A DNA stretch of 58,572 nucleotides, counting the filler, from Squatina squatina (lineage: Eukaryota): NCBI GenBank assembly GCA_031763465.1. It is 4 parts of 4 records of this genome, joined end to end, with 100 filler letters (N's around TTAATTAATTAA, not from the genome) between each part and the next. Parts side by side here need not be neighbours in the genome. Positions count along the whole stretch, not along the records: positions 12,458 to 27,508 come from JARFOE010000016.1; positions 27,609 to 40,757 come from JARFOE010000189.1; 2 more parts are not named here. One strand, 5' to 3'. Shown in pieces: positions 24,673-37,049 of this stretch; the stretch's first letter is position 1, and the number at the start of each line of letters is the position of its first letter. The notes under the pieces are model-generated. The model saw nothing but the letters and a program-made list of their open reading frames with translations. It searched no databases and was not told the DNA's origin. A program made the position numbers and the translations under genes.

Positions 24673-27508
24673 GTTTTTGTAGGGCTTTGGCATTCACCTA
24701 ATATTAAATAAAAGGACTGCACTGACCCAGAGGCCACAAACACAAGAGTGAAAAGCTTGGAGAATAGCTGACTTGAGTCAGTTTGAATATTGAAGTTGGC
24801 AATTTTAAATTGTGAACATCACTAAACTTATTAAACTGGATGGCTATATTTAAAAAGCATGCCATTCATAAATAATAAAAATAGCACTAAGAACATCTTT
24901 TTGAAAAATCCAATAACATTTGTTTTGAAGGGAAACTGCAGATTGTAAATACTAAAGCACAATAATTGAGGGTTTCTACAGTCAGCCGATAAGTGTTTCA
25001 GAATGCTGTTACCTTGGAGTGGGATAAGCTCTTTAAAAGCAGCTGAATTAGAGACATACCTTTAGTTACACAGCACTGAAACCTGTAAGAGAAGCATGAC
25101 ATCCATCAACAAGATTACTAAGGAAAGTCATGCATTTTCTCATTGCTGTATTCTATTTTGAGTTTCACTGTGTGGTTTAAGGTAATAATTATGCTCATAA
25201 ACTTGATTATAATTGTAAATGTTCTTGGCTTTGGCTCCTCACTGAAATTGCTGCTGGGGGTGACCAATTTGCTTTTCCGCTGCTTTGGGTTGTGCCAGTC
25301 AGTGAATATTGCTGCAGTCAGCACACATGACTACTAACTCCTTGTAGTTCTACATCTGATCTAACCACTTGAGAACCGTGCCATTGATATCGGGAATTTT
25401 GTAGTTGGGTAACCTTTAACCTCTAGAATAACTTGTACAAGTTAGGGCAAAGAATGTCAAGTGGAAGCACTGTGTTTGGTGTACTAAGATGCTGTATGAA
25501 TATGAATCTAATACTGCCCCCAAGTTTTAATGGATACCCAATAGTAAAGTCATTTTCAGGAATACAAATCTCCAAGGATGCAGCTTTATTGTTTAATGGT
25601 CTTTTGAACTTCAGGGTTAGAATTAAACTTGGCAGTGAACCTGACACACTGGTGTTTTTAAAGAGTACAGTTTGTTTTTTGTGGGTTTTTATTTTGCTGC
25701 CATCAGTGGGTGTCAGTGCATTACATCTCCTTAAGTAGTGATATTCACTCTGGACTCTTGGAGCAGTAAAAATTCTGATAGGAGGTTTATTAAGCATAAG
25801 GGATGGGGGGGCTGTGGTTCCAGCACTCTTGGGAATACATTTTGAGAAACTGTCGGCACACAACCACGTGATTTTTCACCCGCTCATTTCGCAGAATGGA
25901 AATTCAGCGGCCGTGCTCTTGCACTTCCAGTGAGTGCTGGATTGTGGAGTCACCTCTGTAATCTAAAGTTGATTAAGTTTTATTTTTGTTAAACATAATA
26001 AAATAAAAATCAGAATTAAAACTTAAAATTATTCTTCAAGAAATTATTTACAACAGTCGGGAATAAAGATATAATAGTGATGCCTACTTAAAAGCATCAC
26101 CTAATGTGCGCTGAACTGGGCTGTCCATTCATTCAATGCCAGTGAAATCAATAGATGCCACTTCAGCGAATGAATTTTTACAAGTATGACTAATGTGAAT
26201 GATAGAGGGTATAATTAGATGACTGTCCAGAATAGGAAGGAAAATTATGCTATTTAAATGAATTAAGACAGAACATCACAGCTGTATATGTGGCAGCAGA
26301 GCAAAAGAACCAGGTACACTCCTCAGGACAGGAGAGAAGTGAGAGCTGAATGGATGGGGGAGGAATTGAACACAAACATTTTGAGTGGCGTAATGGGGCA
26401 CTAAGGGGCTCCTTGAGAAAGGAATAGACTGGGAGTAGCGCAGACACTTCAGGAGAGGAGCATAGTGGGGACATGGCATCCACAGAGACTTTAAAAAAAC
26501 TGTTTTATTGAATGCAAATGTAAATTGAGAGATAATGGAATGAACAAGTTGCTTTTTCTAAATGAAAGAGGAAAACTGATTGTTTTTAAAAACTCAGCAC
26601 CCATTCATTTAAACAGTAGTACAAGTTACTTTTCTTTAAATGCTCTTTACCCGTTTTACTTCGGTTATGCCAAAGTGTATCCATGTGTTGCTAAAGCAGT
26701 GCATAGATCCAAAATTTCTAGACTCAAATCCTGTTTTCACAAAATTGCTAAGTGTCAATTTTCAGGCGAAAATCAGGCAGGACTAATTTAAAAACCATTT
26801 TAAAATCTGGGAATTTAATTGTGAAGAATCGGTTAAAACTGAAAACAAACCTTATTTGCCATGCATCACATGCAATGGAGAAACCTGTCCTTTTGAGAGC
26901 CCCTTTTGGTTGGACCTTCCCTTTCATCGAATGAAAACATCTTCATTCTTTCCCCTTCTTTGATATCTATCACGCTGTGAAATGGTCCACTCATGAGTGA
27001 AGTGCAGCTGTATACAGAAAGTTGCTGTAAGTTTCTTCATTTTTACAATGCTGAAAGTCTAATTAAATCACTCATGTCTGACAGCTCCAGACTTCCCAAT
27101 TTTGTGATCTATTTGTGGAGGTATTACAGGAGACTGCACCAGCTCATTACTATTAAAGAAAAGGTTAAGATGGTTGATTCAGAGCCAGTGGACATGAAGA
27201 ATCGAACCTTGTAAATCTGGTGGATCCTTTAATGATTCTTGGGCAAAGCTAGATATATTGCTCGAGTGTAGCTGGAAGGCTCTATTATTTGATTTATTGC
27301 ACTTATGTGCAATGTATGTGATCCTAACCCTTAGCCCTCAGCTGAGTGAGGCAAACGGGTTGTTACCATTTTAAAAAAATCTGTTAATGCCTTTGTCTGG
27401 AGAGGGGTGTACAGCTCTGCTACCTCAAGAAAAGTGCCTGAGAACACGTAATGCATGATCGAGAAGGGTAGAAGTAGTCCATTTATAAGGATAGAAATGG
27501 CTACTTCA

Positions 27509-27608
27509 NNNNNNNNNNNNNNNNNNNNNNNNNNNNNNNNNNNNNNNNNNNNTTAATTAATTAANNNNNNNNNNNNNNNNNNNNNNNNNNNNNNNNNNNN
27601 NNNNNNNN
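27509..27608. other. Artificial concatenation spacer
   Basis: 44 N + TTAATTAATTAA (27553-27564) + 44 N. Confidence 0.95.
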
Positions 27609-27699
27609 AAGTATCTGGCGCGGGACTTGAACACACAACACTCTCGTATTCTGACTCGGAGGTGAAAGTGCTACCCTCAGACTATAGATTCACTCGTAT

Positions 27700-27781
27700 C
27701 TATCTCTCTTTCTCTCTCCTGTTCCCCCTTTCCCTCTCTCTCTTTCTCTTTCTTTCTCTCTTTCTCTTTCCTTCTCTCTCT
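27700..27781. repeat. CT-rich polypyrimidine low-complexity tract
   Basis: Imperfect (CT)n/(CTTT)n. It explains the RKEKERE run in ORF 27677-27985. Confidence 0.8.
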
Positions 27782-29011
27782 GCACCTATAAATATTGTCT
27801 TTCAGTAACTTAAAAATATGAAATCGGGTTTCTGCCAAGTTACCTCTGCACTTTGACCTGCTTACTTCTGCTCTTTTTCCCAGTATTCCACCTCCTCTCC
27901 TGGGTACAGGTTTGTTCTGTGGGATGTGTGTCATGAAATCATGTTCTTTATAAGGCCGGGAAGGGTACAGTTCCACAAACATCATTCATGAGGGGATACC
28001 CTAGCTGATTTCCCCCTCCTAGCCCAGGGCACTGAGGTAAATTTTAAATATCATCCCCACCATCCTCTTGTCCCAGCAGAATTAGCTAACTCGGCGTGAC
28101 TGGAGGATTGAACCTGGGAATTTTAGCCTGATTTAGTACCATAACAGACCATGCATTTATCCTCAGAGCCATGAGGATAGCCTGAAAAAAGATCGTTGTT
28201 TTATTTTCTGAGTAGCATATGCTGACAAACTGTGTTAGCTAACTTAGCACCACTATCCGGATCTAATTTGCCTCAAGTTGTCTGAAATACCTCAACTATT
28301 TAAATGTGTAAATGAGAGAGGTATATACATTTGAGTGTGACAGTTTTGTTGGATGTGGGTCAACATGTGGGGTATGATCTGTTTTGAATCAGGACTTCTC
28401 AGCTTCTGTAACAAATGTCTGTCTCAGCACGGCACTCATACATTGGTTCGTACAATGTTCTAAGTATCTATCAATTATCCTTAAAGCTATATTCAACATG
28501 TGCACCAGATGATTTGTGTTCCTCACACCGGAATACACATAGACTTTGTGAAGTGAGTTAATCAGTTCCTTATGCAATGGCTTATAGAGCACTATGCACA
28601 GAACCACTAGACATGGGCAGTAACATAGGAGGAATGTCTAGAACTAAAAGACATGACCACTGGAGCTGCATGTCATTAAAACATTTGTGTCATTAAATGC
28701 TTTCAATATGTTGTGCAAAATACACTACCTGAGATATCCTGAATTAATTTACGAGCAGATATCTAACACAATAAGTCCATTTAATATGGTTAACATAAAT
28801 ATAGTTGCAACCTTTTAAGCTGCTCTAACAAAACATTTCAAATAGTATAAAAGAGTATCACAAGGAAGACTCATAAATAAAAGAAAGAAAGATTTGCATT
28901 TATACAGCGCCNNNNNNNNNNNNNNNNNNNNNNNNNNNNNNNNNNNNNNNNNNNNNNNNNNNNNNNNNNNNNNNNNNNNNNNNNNNNNNNNNNNNNNNNN
29001 NNNNNNNNNNN

Positions 29012-29948
29012 ACCCCATATCCCCACTGCTCACCACATCCCCATCGTACCATCACGGATTATCACAGCGTCCTCCTGGGCACAAACCTGAAATGAGAGAC
29101 ACCACAAAAGATTCCAAACAAAGTTAATAAATTTATCAAAGATCAATTCACATATATTTACATGAAAGATATGAACTAATCACCCTTGTGCAATTCCTCA
29201 GTGCCTTTGTGTGTCCTTTCCTGTCCCAGTGCTCCTATGAAGTGCTCCCCCAGTGGCTGCAGCATGGCTGGTGGAAGGCTGTTGAGTTTCCATTAGGGAG
29301 ACTTCAGATAGCCTCGCAGGACGGCCTCGAGCAGCTCTAGACAGAGAAGGCCCGGCTGTAGACTGCACCACCTTGGTATGTGCGGCAGCAGTCTGGGCTG
29401 GCTGGCTGACAGGCAGCGGCAAGGGCAATGGCAGAGTGGTAGTGGTGGGACCAGGTATGCTCTCATCCCAAGAAAGGACAGCAGGGTCCTGCTCCACTGA
29501 CCCACTGCCAATCCCCTGGGTCGGCGCCTCAGCATTCCGAGCAATCTGTTGGAGCATAGGTTGCTGGGTTGCTGTCACACCCTGCAAGCCCCGGTCGACG
29601 GTGGTAAACCCAGTCACGATGGCAGCAGTCTGAGCTTGTGTGGCAATGAGCTGAGATTGCATGAGAGCAATTTGAACTTCCACTTCAGCACTAAGACATT
29701 GGGTCGCTTCCTGTGCTGCAATGGCAGCTGCGACATCGCCCATCATACGCATCATCACATCTGGATCGACACAGTCTCTTCAGAAGTCTTCCATTATTTC
29801 CAGCCTGGAAATCCTGGGCTCCAAGCTCTGTACAGATCCCCGTGCAATGTTGGAGGCAGACTCCTCCATGCTCTTTGACATTGCCAAGATGCTCTCTGGC
29901 AGGCTTGCTATTGCACTTAGCAATTTGGTGTGCATGTCCATCACCCTT
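29012..29948 (-). mobile_element. Degenerate coding remnant of an interspersed repeat, probably the C-terminal part of a PIF/Harbinger Myb/SANT-partner ORF
   Basis: Broken minus-strand ORFs (MHTKLLSAIASLPESILAMSKSMEES.., then a coiled-coil and Pro/Ser/Thr-rich region) with no splice structure. The family assignment is inference. Confidence 0.5.
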
Positions 29949-32349
29949 NNNNNNNNNNNNNNNNNNNNNNNNNNNNNNNNNNNNNNNNNNNNNNNNNNNN
30001 NNNNNNNNNNNNNNNNNNNNNNNNNNNNNNNNNNNNNNNNNNNNNNNNGGGTGGATTCCTTTGGCATCAGCTGTTCAGCATTCAGAGATTACATCAGAGA
30101 GACCATTGAGAAGCTCCTCCTTTTTTTTTCGACAGGGATTGTCGGTCACCTCCTCACGTCAGTAGCTCCGGCACGATAGCAGCTCACCACGGCGGCTCGT
30201 AGCAACACTCCTACTGGAGTTCCCACAGGGAGGAACCAGTTTTTTTTTCCGAAAGGACAGAGCCTCTATTTCGCACGCGCAGGCCCTTTAAACACGCCTT
30301 TCTTTTCTGAGGCTTTTAAAGATCCACAATCAAAGCAAACATGAACACTTCGGGATGCAAACTGCAGGCTGCGAAAAAAAAAAAGTCCTTCCACTTTCAG
30401 GGCCACCGCACTGGTTAGGCACCACACGGATTTAACACAACGCGCCCTGCTATTACTTCACTTTTATTTCTATCACACACAGGCCTGATCGTTCTGAGAA
30501 GCACTTTTTGTTTGGACTATGTACGTGCGCTGTGTGACAGGGATAATGGCCCCTACAGCTGTTAGACTGGGGGTGGGGGAGGTGTATGTAGGCTGAATAA
30601 CTAACCATATCACTGCTTCCTGCTTTATGCTCTCAGTTCTGGTATCACGTTTACCCAGGACTCTACATGGTTCAGCTTCCTTTCAATCCTTCATTTTGTA
30701 ATTCTTTTTTGTGGACTTGTAATATGTAAGTACGCTTTGCTTGCCTTTTAATAGGATAATGTTTGTTTTTGTCTCTCAGTGTTGGAACTAGAAAATGACT
30801 GCTAAAACCTATTTTACTGCTGCTTTCCCTGAAACCACAGAAGATTTAAATGCTTGCCATGTTGAGTGCAGTATGTTTCTGCCTGTCAGGTCTTCAATTT
30901 GCTGGTAATCTTTAGACACAGTACCTTAATGCTCGGCAGATGACTTGAAATTCAGTTGCACTGTTTAATCTGGCGTTTGAAGTCTTTTGAGTGCAGTCTT
31001 GAAGCCTTTTTAAAAAAAAACATTTGCTGTACCCGAGCATTGCAGAGGGCTTTTAAAAAATAAACGGCTTTGGAATGTGAACTTTTTTTCAATCTGTTTG
31101 CTCTATTTGTGGGGTTAGCTGACCAAGATTCTGCTTTTTGAAACATCTCGATAGTTTTGTTGAGCTGCTCACTACAAGTAATGCTGGATGTCCCTCGTGT
31201 ACCTCAGCTCTCCTAAAATGTGTCACANNNNNNNNNNNNNNNNNNNNNNNNNNNNNNNNNNNNNNNNNNNNNNNNNNNNNNNNNNNNNNNNNNNNNNNNN
31301 NNNNNNNNNNNNNNNNNNNNNNNNNNNNNNNNNNNNNNNNNNNNNNNNNNNNNNNNNNNNNNNNNNNNNNNNNNNNNNNNNNNNNNNNNNNNNNNNNNNN
31401 NNNNNNNNNNNNNNNNNNNNNNNNNNNNNNNNNNNNNNNNNNNNNNNNNNNNNNNNNNNNNNNNNNNNNNNNNNNNNNNNNNNNNNNNNNNNNNNNNNNN
31501 NNNNNNNNNNNNNNNNNNNNNNNNNNNNNNNNNNNNNNNNNNNNNNNNNNNNNNNNNNNNNNNNNNNNNNNNNNNNNNNNNNNNNNNNNNNNNNNNNNNN
31601 NNNNNNNNNNNNNNNNNNNNNNNNNNNNNNNNTGGGATACAGTTGAACAATAATGGGCTTTTTTTTTGTGTCCAAAGAGACTGATGTTATTATGAGATAC
31701 TCCTGCCCGAAGCTGCTGCGAAGGGCAATCAGAAATCTGACCTGCTCCCATTGTCAAAGGCACAGGAGTGGTTTTCTGTGCCTGCTTAAATCGCCCCGAC
31801 GCTGTGGAAGACAGTACGGATCTAGCCAGACTTGTGCTTAGTCAGATGGAAAGAGAAGTGGCAGTGCAGGCAAAAATGGGACAGGCCAACAGGGACCTCT
31901 GCTGCGTCCACAGCACCAGGCGCAATGGATCCTTTGTCTGGGAGGCAGGAGCGGGGGGCCATTCATCTGTTCCCAAGGCTGTTGACAGAGACACAATATG
32001 GAGATTAGGTTGGAGAATGCCACCACTGATACTTTTTATGTCATAAATCCATTCAAAAATGATGGGATTTGGTCCTCAGAAAAAATAAATTATAGGGATT
32101 TTTGTGCCAAAATTACCATGCTGTTCAATGCTTGGGCTTTGGGTTAGATTCCTTGTTTNNNNNNNNNNNNNNNNNNNNNNNNNNNNNNNNNNNNNNNNNN
32201 NNNNNNNNNNNNNNNNNNNNNNNNNNNNNNNNNNNNNNNNNNNNNNNNNNNNNNNNNNTAAAAACCTATGTGATCCTTGGCTTTATTAATAGAGGAATAG
32301 AGTACAAAGCAAGGGAGTTATGCTAAATCTTTACAAAACACTGGTTCGG

Positions 32350-33830
32350 CCTCTATGCACCACATTTTGGTCGGAATCTTTCCAGCCCTGCGAGTGTGGG
32401 TTTGGAGGCAGACCCACTGTCAAAATGGCCATGATTGACAGCGGGTCAGCATCCCGCTCTGGACCCGCCTCCGTGTCAGTTTCTCAAGTGTTGGGTCTGC
32501 CTGCGGATCACAGACCCGACTCCAAGCGGAGGGCCAGCCAATTAAGATCGTTAAGAGGCACTTTAAAGGTAATTTAAATGAATTTTACCAGGCAGTTAGC
32601 ATTTTACCAAGTTTTTAATGAGTTTGCCGTCCCTTGGGTTTCACGCCAGCTAAGTGTGTCGGGTTATCAGTGACTCTCCATTGCTTTGACTCGTTGACAG
32701 TTGCAGAAGTGTTACCATTTCACAGCTGTTCACTTTCCCATCTCAGAAGCTGAAGCCTTTAGGATTTGGAAGACACTTTTGAGCAGTATGCAGTTTGGAA
32801 GTGTTTGCAGTGAACTCTCTATCCACTGGCAACTCCTTGGAGCAACCTCTCTCACCATTGACAGATCGCTTCAGTCATCTCAACTTCATTCGCCTTCTAT
32901 TCCAGCAGCATTGGTATCCTTTAAAAAATCTCACCTTGATCCTCAGACTCCACCACGATCAGCCCCAACACCAACATCATTAAACCCACCAGCAGCACCA
33001 ACAACAACACCAACCTTATCCACTATCACCTGATGCTTCACAGGACACAGGGCATCAGCACCTGACCACATTGCTGCTGGGGATGGCCTCACCATGGCCA
33101 CATTTACTTCACTTGATGCTGTACACCCTNNNNNNNNNNNNNNNNNNNNNNNNNNNNNNNNNNNNNNNNNNNNNNNNNNNNNNNNNNNNNNNNNNNNNNN
33201 NNNNNNNNNNNNNNNNNNNNNNNNNNNNNTATTACAAACGAGACACTTACACATGAGGCGGCCATTGGTGAAAGAGTCAGACTCACCTTCACTATGCATG
33301 TGAGGTTAAATTTCTTGCGGCATTGAGTGCCGGTCCTCTCCTCCACATCTGAGGCTGACACCTCAGTGCAATTTCCCTCCAAGTGCGTCGCACCATTCTG
33401 GCTGCATCCCTTCTTCCATCAGTAAACTTGGGGGCCCTCGACCTCCTGGACTCAGAAGATGCCATTATTTTGCAGTCCCAACTGAACCACTTCTGCTAAC
33501 AATAGCTCTACAAGCAGCAACANNNNNNNNNNAAATGACTGACCATAGCAGTGCTTGGCTCTCAATAACGAGCCCCTTTAAGGGCTGAGGTAGCCTGACA
33601 CATGATTGCAGCTCCTTAGATCGATTTGTGAATTGGTCCACTGAAACCACCAAAGATCAATTAGTGCCTATCAGGCATCCATTAGCGCTGATTTCTAGAT
33701 CGTGTTCTAAGCCGCCCGAAAAAATTATTCAAGAGGCCAATACTGCAAAATAATGGAGCAGCGCAAAACAGGCACTAAAATCACGCTTTTGGTCCCCTTG
33801 CATTTAAAATGCAGCACAGACCAATAGGGC
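32350..33830 (-). mobile_element. Harbinger-type element remnants including a Myb/SANT-like DNA-binding fragment
   Basis: Minus-strand EVSASDVEERTGTQCRKKFN (about 33305-33370) matches the Myb/SANT helix RT..QCRKKFN of Harbinger accessory proteins. Boundaries are approximate. Confidence 0.55.
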
Positions 33831-33930
33831 GACCTATAACTTTATTTTCCGCAATATACTTAAAATATAGCACAGTACCCATTCTTTACAATCAGCAGAT
33901 CAATACATATGGATTTTGGGGTTAAAGTGG

Positions 33931-36284
33931 ACTGTGATGGTCCAGAATGCCCGGACTACCTGGAATGGCTTGAGAAAAAAATAAAAGCTGTTATTAATGA
34001 GGAACAGAACAGGACTTTACAAATCTCTGATAAAATCGATGATATGCCTGTGGAAAATGGTGCTTTACAAAATCACATGCCTGTCTTGGAGGAGACGCCT
34101 ATTTTTGATTCCTCTGATGTTCCTCAGTATTCTCAGAGTGCTTTGACCATTGCAAAAGAGAAAAACATAAGCCTACAGACAGNNNNNNNNNNCGAAGCCC
34201 TGACGCAGCTGTCATCAACCCTTCCGCAGCCGTTTCTCGAAACTTCATCACAGACTAACAGCACCTCTCAAATAGCGGATGCTTCGCCCAGCTCTGCCGA
34301 GGAAGACCATGTTCCTTTGCCTGAATCTTCCGAGGCCGTTCAGGAACTACAAGAAGACCACCAGCAGGAGCAGCAAAATAGGCAAATACCACAACCGCAC
34401 CCTTCTCTGCAGCAGCATCCAAGTCAGCCAATCTTCCCGGAATACCACCCTCAATTGCAAACTCCATGGGAGTGCCTGAAGAAGCCAGCACAGGTGGAAG
34501 CGCACTACATTCCAGCCATGAAGAATTTACAAGATCCATTTAATAATTTTTCAAATTCAATATCAACCATAAAACATACTGAAGAGGCCTCTGCTCACAG
34601 GAGTGATGCAGCCAGTGCTGAAGGTAACATGTCAATGTTCAATACTAGTCAGCCCGTAACTTCACTGAATGACCCCATGACCGAGTTAAAGCAGCTATTA
34701 GATAGTAACAACGNNNNNNNNNNNNNNNNNNNNNNNNNNNNNNNNNNNNNNNNNNNNNNNNNNNNNNNNNNNNNNNNNNNNNNNNNNNNNNNNNNNNNNN
34801 NNNNNNNNNNNNNAACAACGGTAACAAATACACCCTACCACTGTTCAAAATGCCTAGCATACTTACGCATGAAGATGCAGGTATAAAAACCCAACAAGAT
34901 TTATCACTGCCATTTCCCAACTTGGCGGCTGGCGTCGGCTTCTATGGGATGCTGCCGGAGCAGCAGTCCTCTCAGTCTGTGCAGCAAATGCAGATGCATC
35001 AGGCGAGCAAGCATCAAAAAACACAGGCAGCCCTGCAACAGCATCTGCACCACAAGCGCAACCTCTTCCAGGAGCAGAGTCAGAAGCAGAACCATCTACA
35101 CGAGCAGCAAAAATGGTGGTCCCAACATCAACCGCATCTCAAAAGGCAGAAACAAAAAAAACCCATGCAAGAAAAGAGGAAGAAATTGCAACCATCGCAA
35201 AAGCAGCGCAGGGAGACCCAACTTCAAAAGACGCAAAATATCCAACAGCAGCTTCTCTTGCGCCAGTTTCAACAATTGCAACAGACCAAGCTGCAACAAG
35301 GGCTGCAGCCCCAGCCATTACCTCAAGAGAAGCAGGGCCTGGACGGGTTTCAGCAGGTGGAAAAAGTACAGAGTAGCTATGGAATAGGGGAACATCAAAC
35401 ACAGCAGCAGCTTCTGAAGGAACAGCAAATACAAGCAGCACTTCAACCAACTTCTGAAGCTTCCCAGCAGAAGCAGATAGATAACAGTGAGTCAGGCATT
35501 GCTCAGGAGTCTCCCACTTTTGAGAGGCCAGCGTCCCAAGAAATGCGCAGCTTCCAAAAGGATTCCTTCTTGTGCAATCCGCACATTGGAAAATACCCAC
35601 AATCAGCTTCGTTGAAGAACAGCCCCACCAGGCACGCAGACGAGAAGGATCTGCACGCAGATTCCGACTCCCTCCCTTCTCAAATGCAACAGAACGATTT
35701 GCCCGCACACAGCCCTCGCTCCTTTGAGGAAAAAATCGAGGAACTCTTGAAACAATTTGAGGCAGAATTTGAATCAGGCTCCACAGCGCAGCAATTCCAC
35801 TTTCCCGCTCAGAACAACTCAGCTTCTCAGGTAGAACCAGGTGAGAACCAGACACCTTCCACTGGCCCTCCGCTTTCATTTCTCGATCAATCTGGTGATC
35901 CAGACCACAGCAGTCAAACACTGTTTTCTCAGAATAGTGCATCTCATGAGCAACATGAGTGCAAACCGACCTGCATAGGCCACAAAACAAATTCCAATTT
36001 ACAGGAGAATACGAAATGTTTCAATAATTCTTTCATGACTGGATCCTCGAAACACATGAAAGTTGAAACCTCTGGTGCTATTACCGTGCTATCCACAGTT
36101 TATTCCGGAGAAAACATAGAGGGACTTTCAGAAGAAGGTACACCCACAAAAAATGCGCCTCTCACCCCTTCTCTCAGTGGCTTTTTGGAATCTCCTTTGA
36201 AATATTTGGATACCCCGACGAAAAGCCTGCTGGATACCCCATCAAAAAGAGCCCAAATGGAATTTCCATCTTGTGACTGCGTTG
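33931..36284 (+). CDS. TET3: TET3 methylcytosine dioxygenase, large N-terminal exon (5' end unresolved, two gaps)
   Basis: TET3 motifs [25 protein letters not shown][AIAI][30 protein letters not shown] and [39 protein letters not shown]. Donor G/GTAAGT after 36284. Confidence 0.95.
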
Positions 36285-36850
36285 GTAAGTTTTAAAGATA
36301 TGATCTTGTTTCGTTTTATGTTAATTATAAAACAAATTTAAGCACCAGAGTGCTGTTATGTCGGGCACAACTCGGTACAGTATTTTTTTTTATTCGTTCC
36401 TGGGATGTGGGCATCGCTGGCACGGCCGGCATTTATTGCCCATCCCTAGTTGTNNNNNNNNNNNNNNNNNNNNNNNNNNNNNNNNNNNNNNNNNNNNNNN
36501 NNNNNNNNNNNNNNNNNNNNNNNNNNNNNNNNNNNNNNNNNNNNNNNNNNNNNATGCTCATTTGGGAACAGTCTGGTCTGACTGTCGGGTGAATCCTTGC
36601 ATCCGTTTGGTGCTTCCCCATATAGTCCAGCTGAGGTCGGAGCCATTTCCTCTCTGTTTAGGGATTCACAGTGGACAGCCGGGGTAGGGGGGTGGTGTTT
36701 AAACCTGTTCACTACTGCTTGCTTTAGTACACCTAGTTGATAACTGGAATTATACTTTCAACAGTGAAATCGAATCTCTAGGGACAATCCAGATGTCCAT
36801 TTGTTCAAAATGATAATGATCATTCGACGTGCTATTTGTGTTTCTTACAG

Positions 36851-36958
36851 CCGTGTTGGGGATTCGCCAATAGCTGGAGCAGGTGCGTATGCAGATAGCA
36901 CAGCTGGAGCTGCAGCTGCTACTGGAATTGGAGATATTATGATGCGATTCCTTCCGAG
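36851..36958 (+). CDS. AGA: Aspartylglucosaminidase exon ([35 protein letters not shown])
   Basis: 108-nt exon with TTTCTTACAG acceptor and GT donor. Ntn-hydrolase motif GRVGDSP..GAGAYAD, plus AGA-like AAAATG.GDI.MRFLPS. Confidence 0.88.
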
Positions 36959-37049
36959 GTGCGTCATTCTTAGCAAATTTGCTTGTCGTGGAAGATGCAG
37001 TTCAGAATTGGGAGTGATCAAGCAGGGCAGACACCAGGCAGTCTAAGAT

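Noticed and set aside
25423-25863. 146-aa minus-strand ORF downstream of IPPK
   Set aside because: Non-ATG start, no recognisable family and no clear splice sites. It is more likely UTR or intergenic DNA.
26993-27214. ESLIKSL resembles the CENPP C-terminus
   Set aside because: It is on the wrong strand relative to the expected IPPK-CENPP tail-to-tail layout, and the flanking residues do not match.
27609-27676. tRNA-like B box on the minus strand
   Set aside because: It is the head of a tRNA-derived SINE and forms no cloverleaf.
27863-27985. Minus-strand ORF MMFVELYPSRPYKEHDF... with a GTAAG donor
   Set aside because: No recognisable homology, and it is flanked by SINE and low-complexity sequence, so support is insufficient.
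30873-30890. ATG-TTT-CTG-CCT (MFLP), recalling the start of the mouse oocyte Tet3 isoform
   Set aside because: Only four residues match, from memory, and there is no suitable donor. It is probably coincidence.
31089-31763. Long ORFs on both strands
   Set aside because: They consist mostly of N-derived X residues.
35139-35990. 283-aa antisense ORF
   Set aside because: It is the shadow of the TET3 exon on the opposite strand, with no recognisable domain.
33909-36295. TET3 as a frameshifted pseudogene or two genes
   Set aside because: The frame change coincides with an arbitrary 100-N gap whose flanks overlap in frame. The catalytic residues in the last exon are intact.
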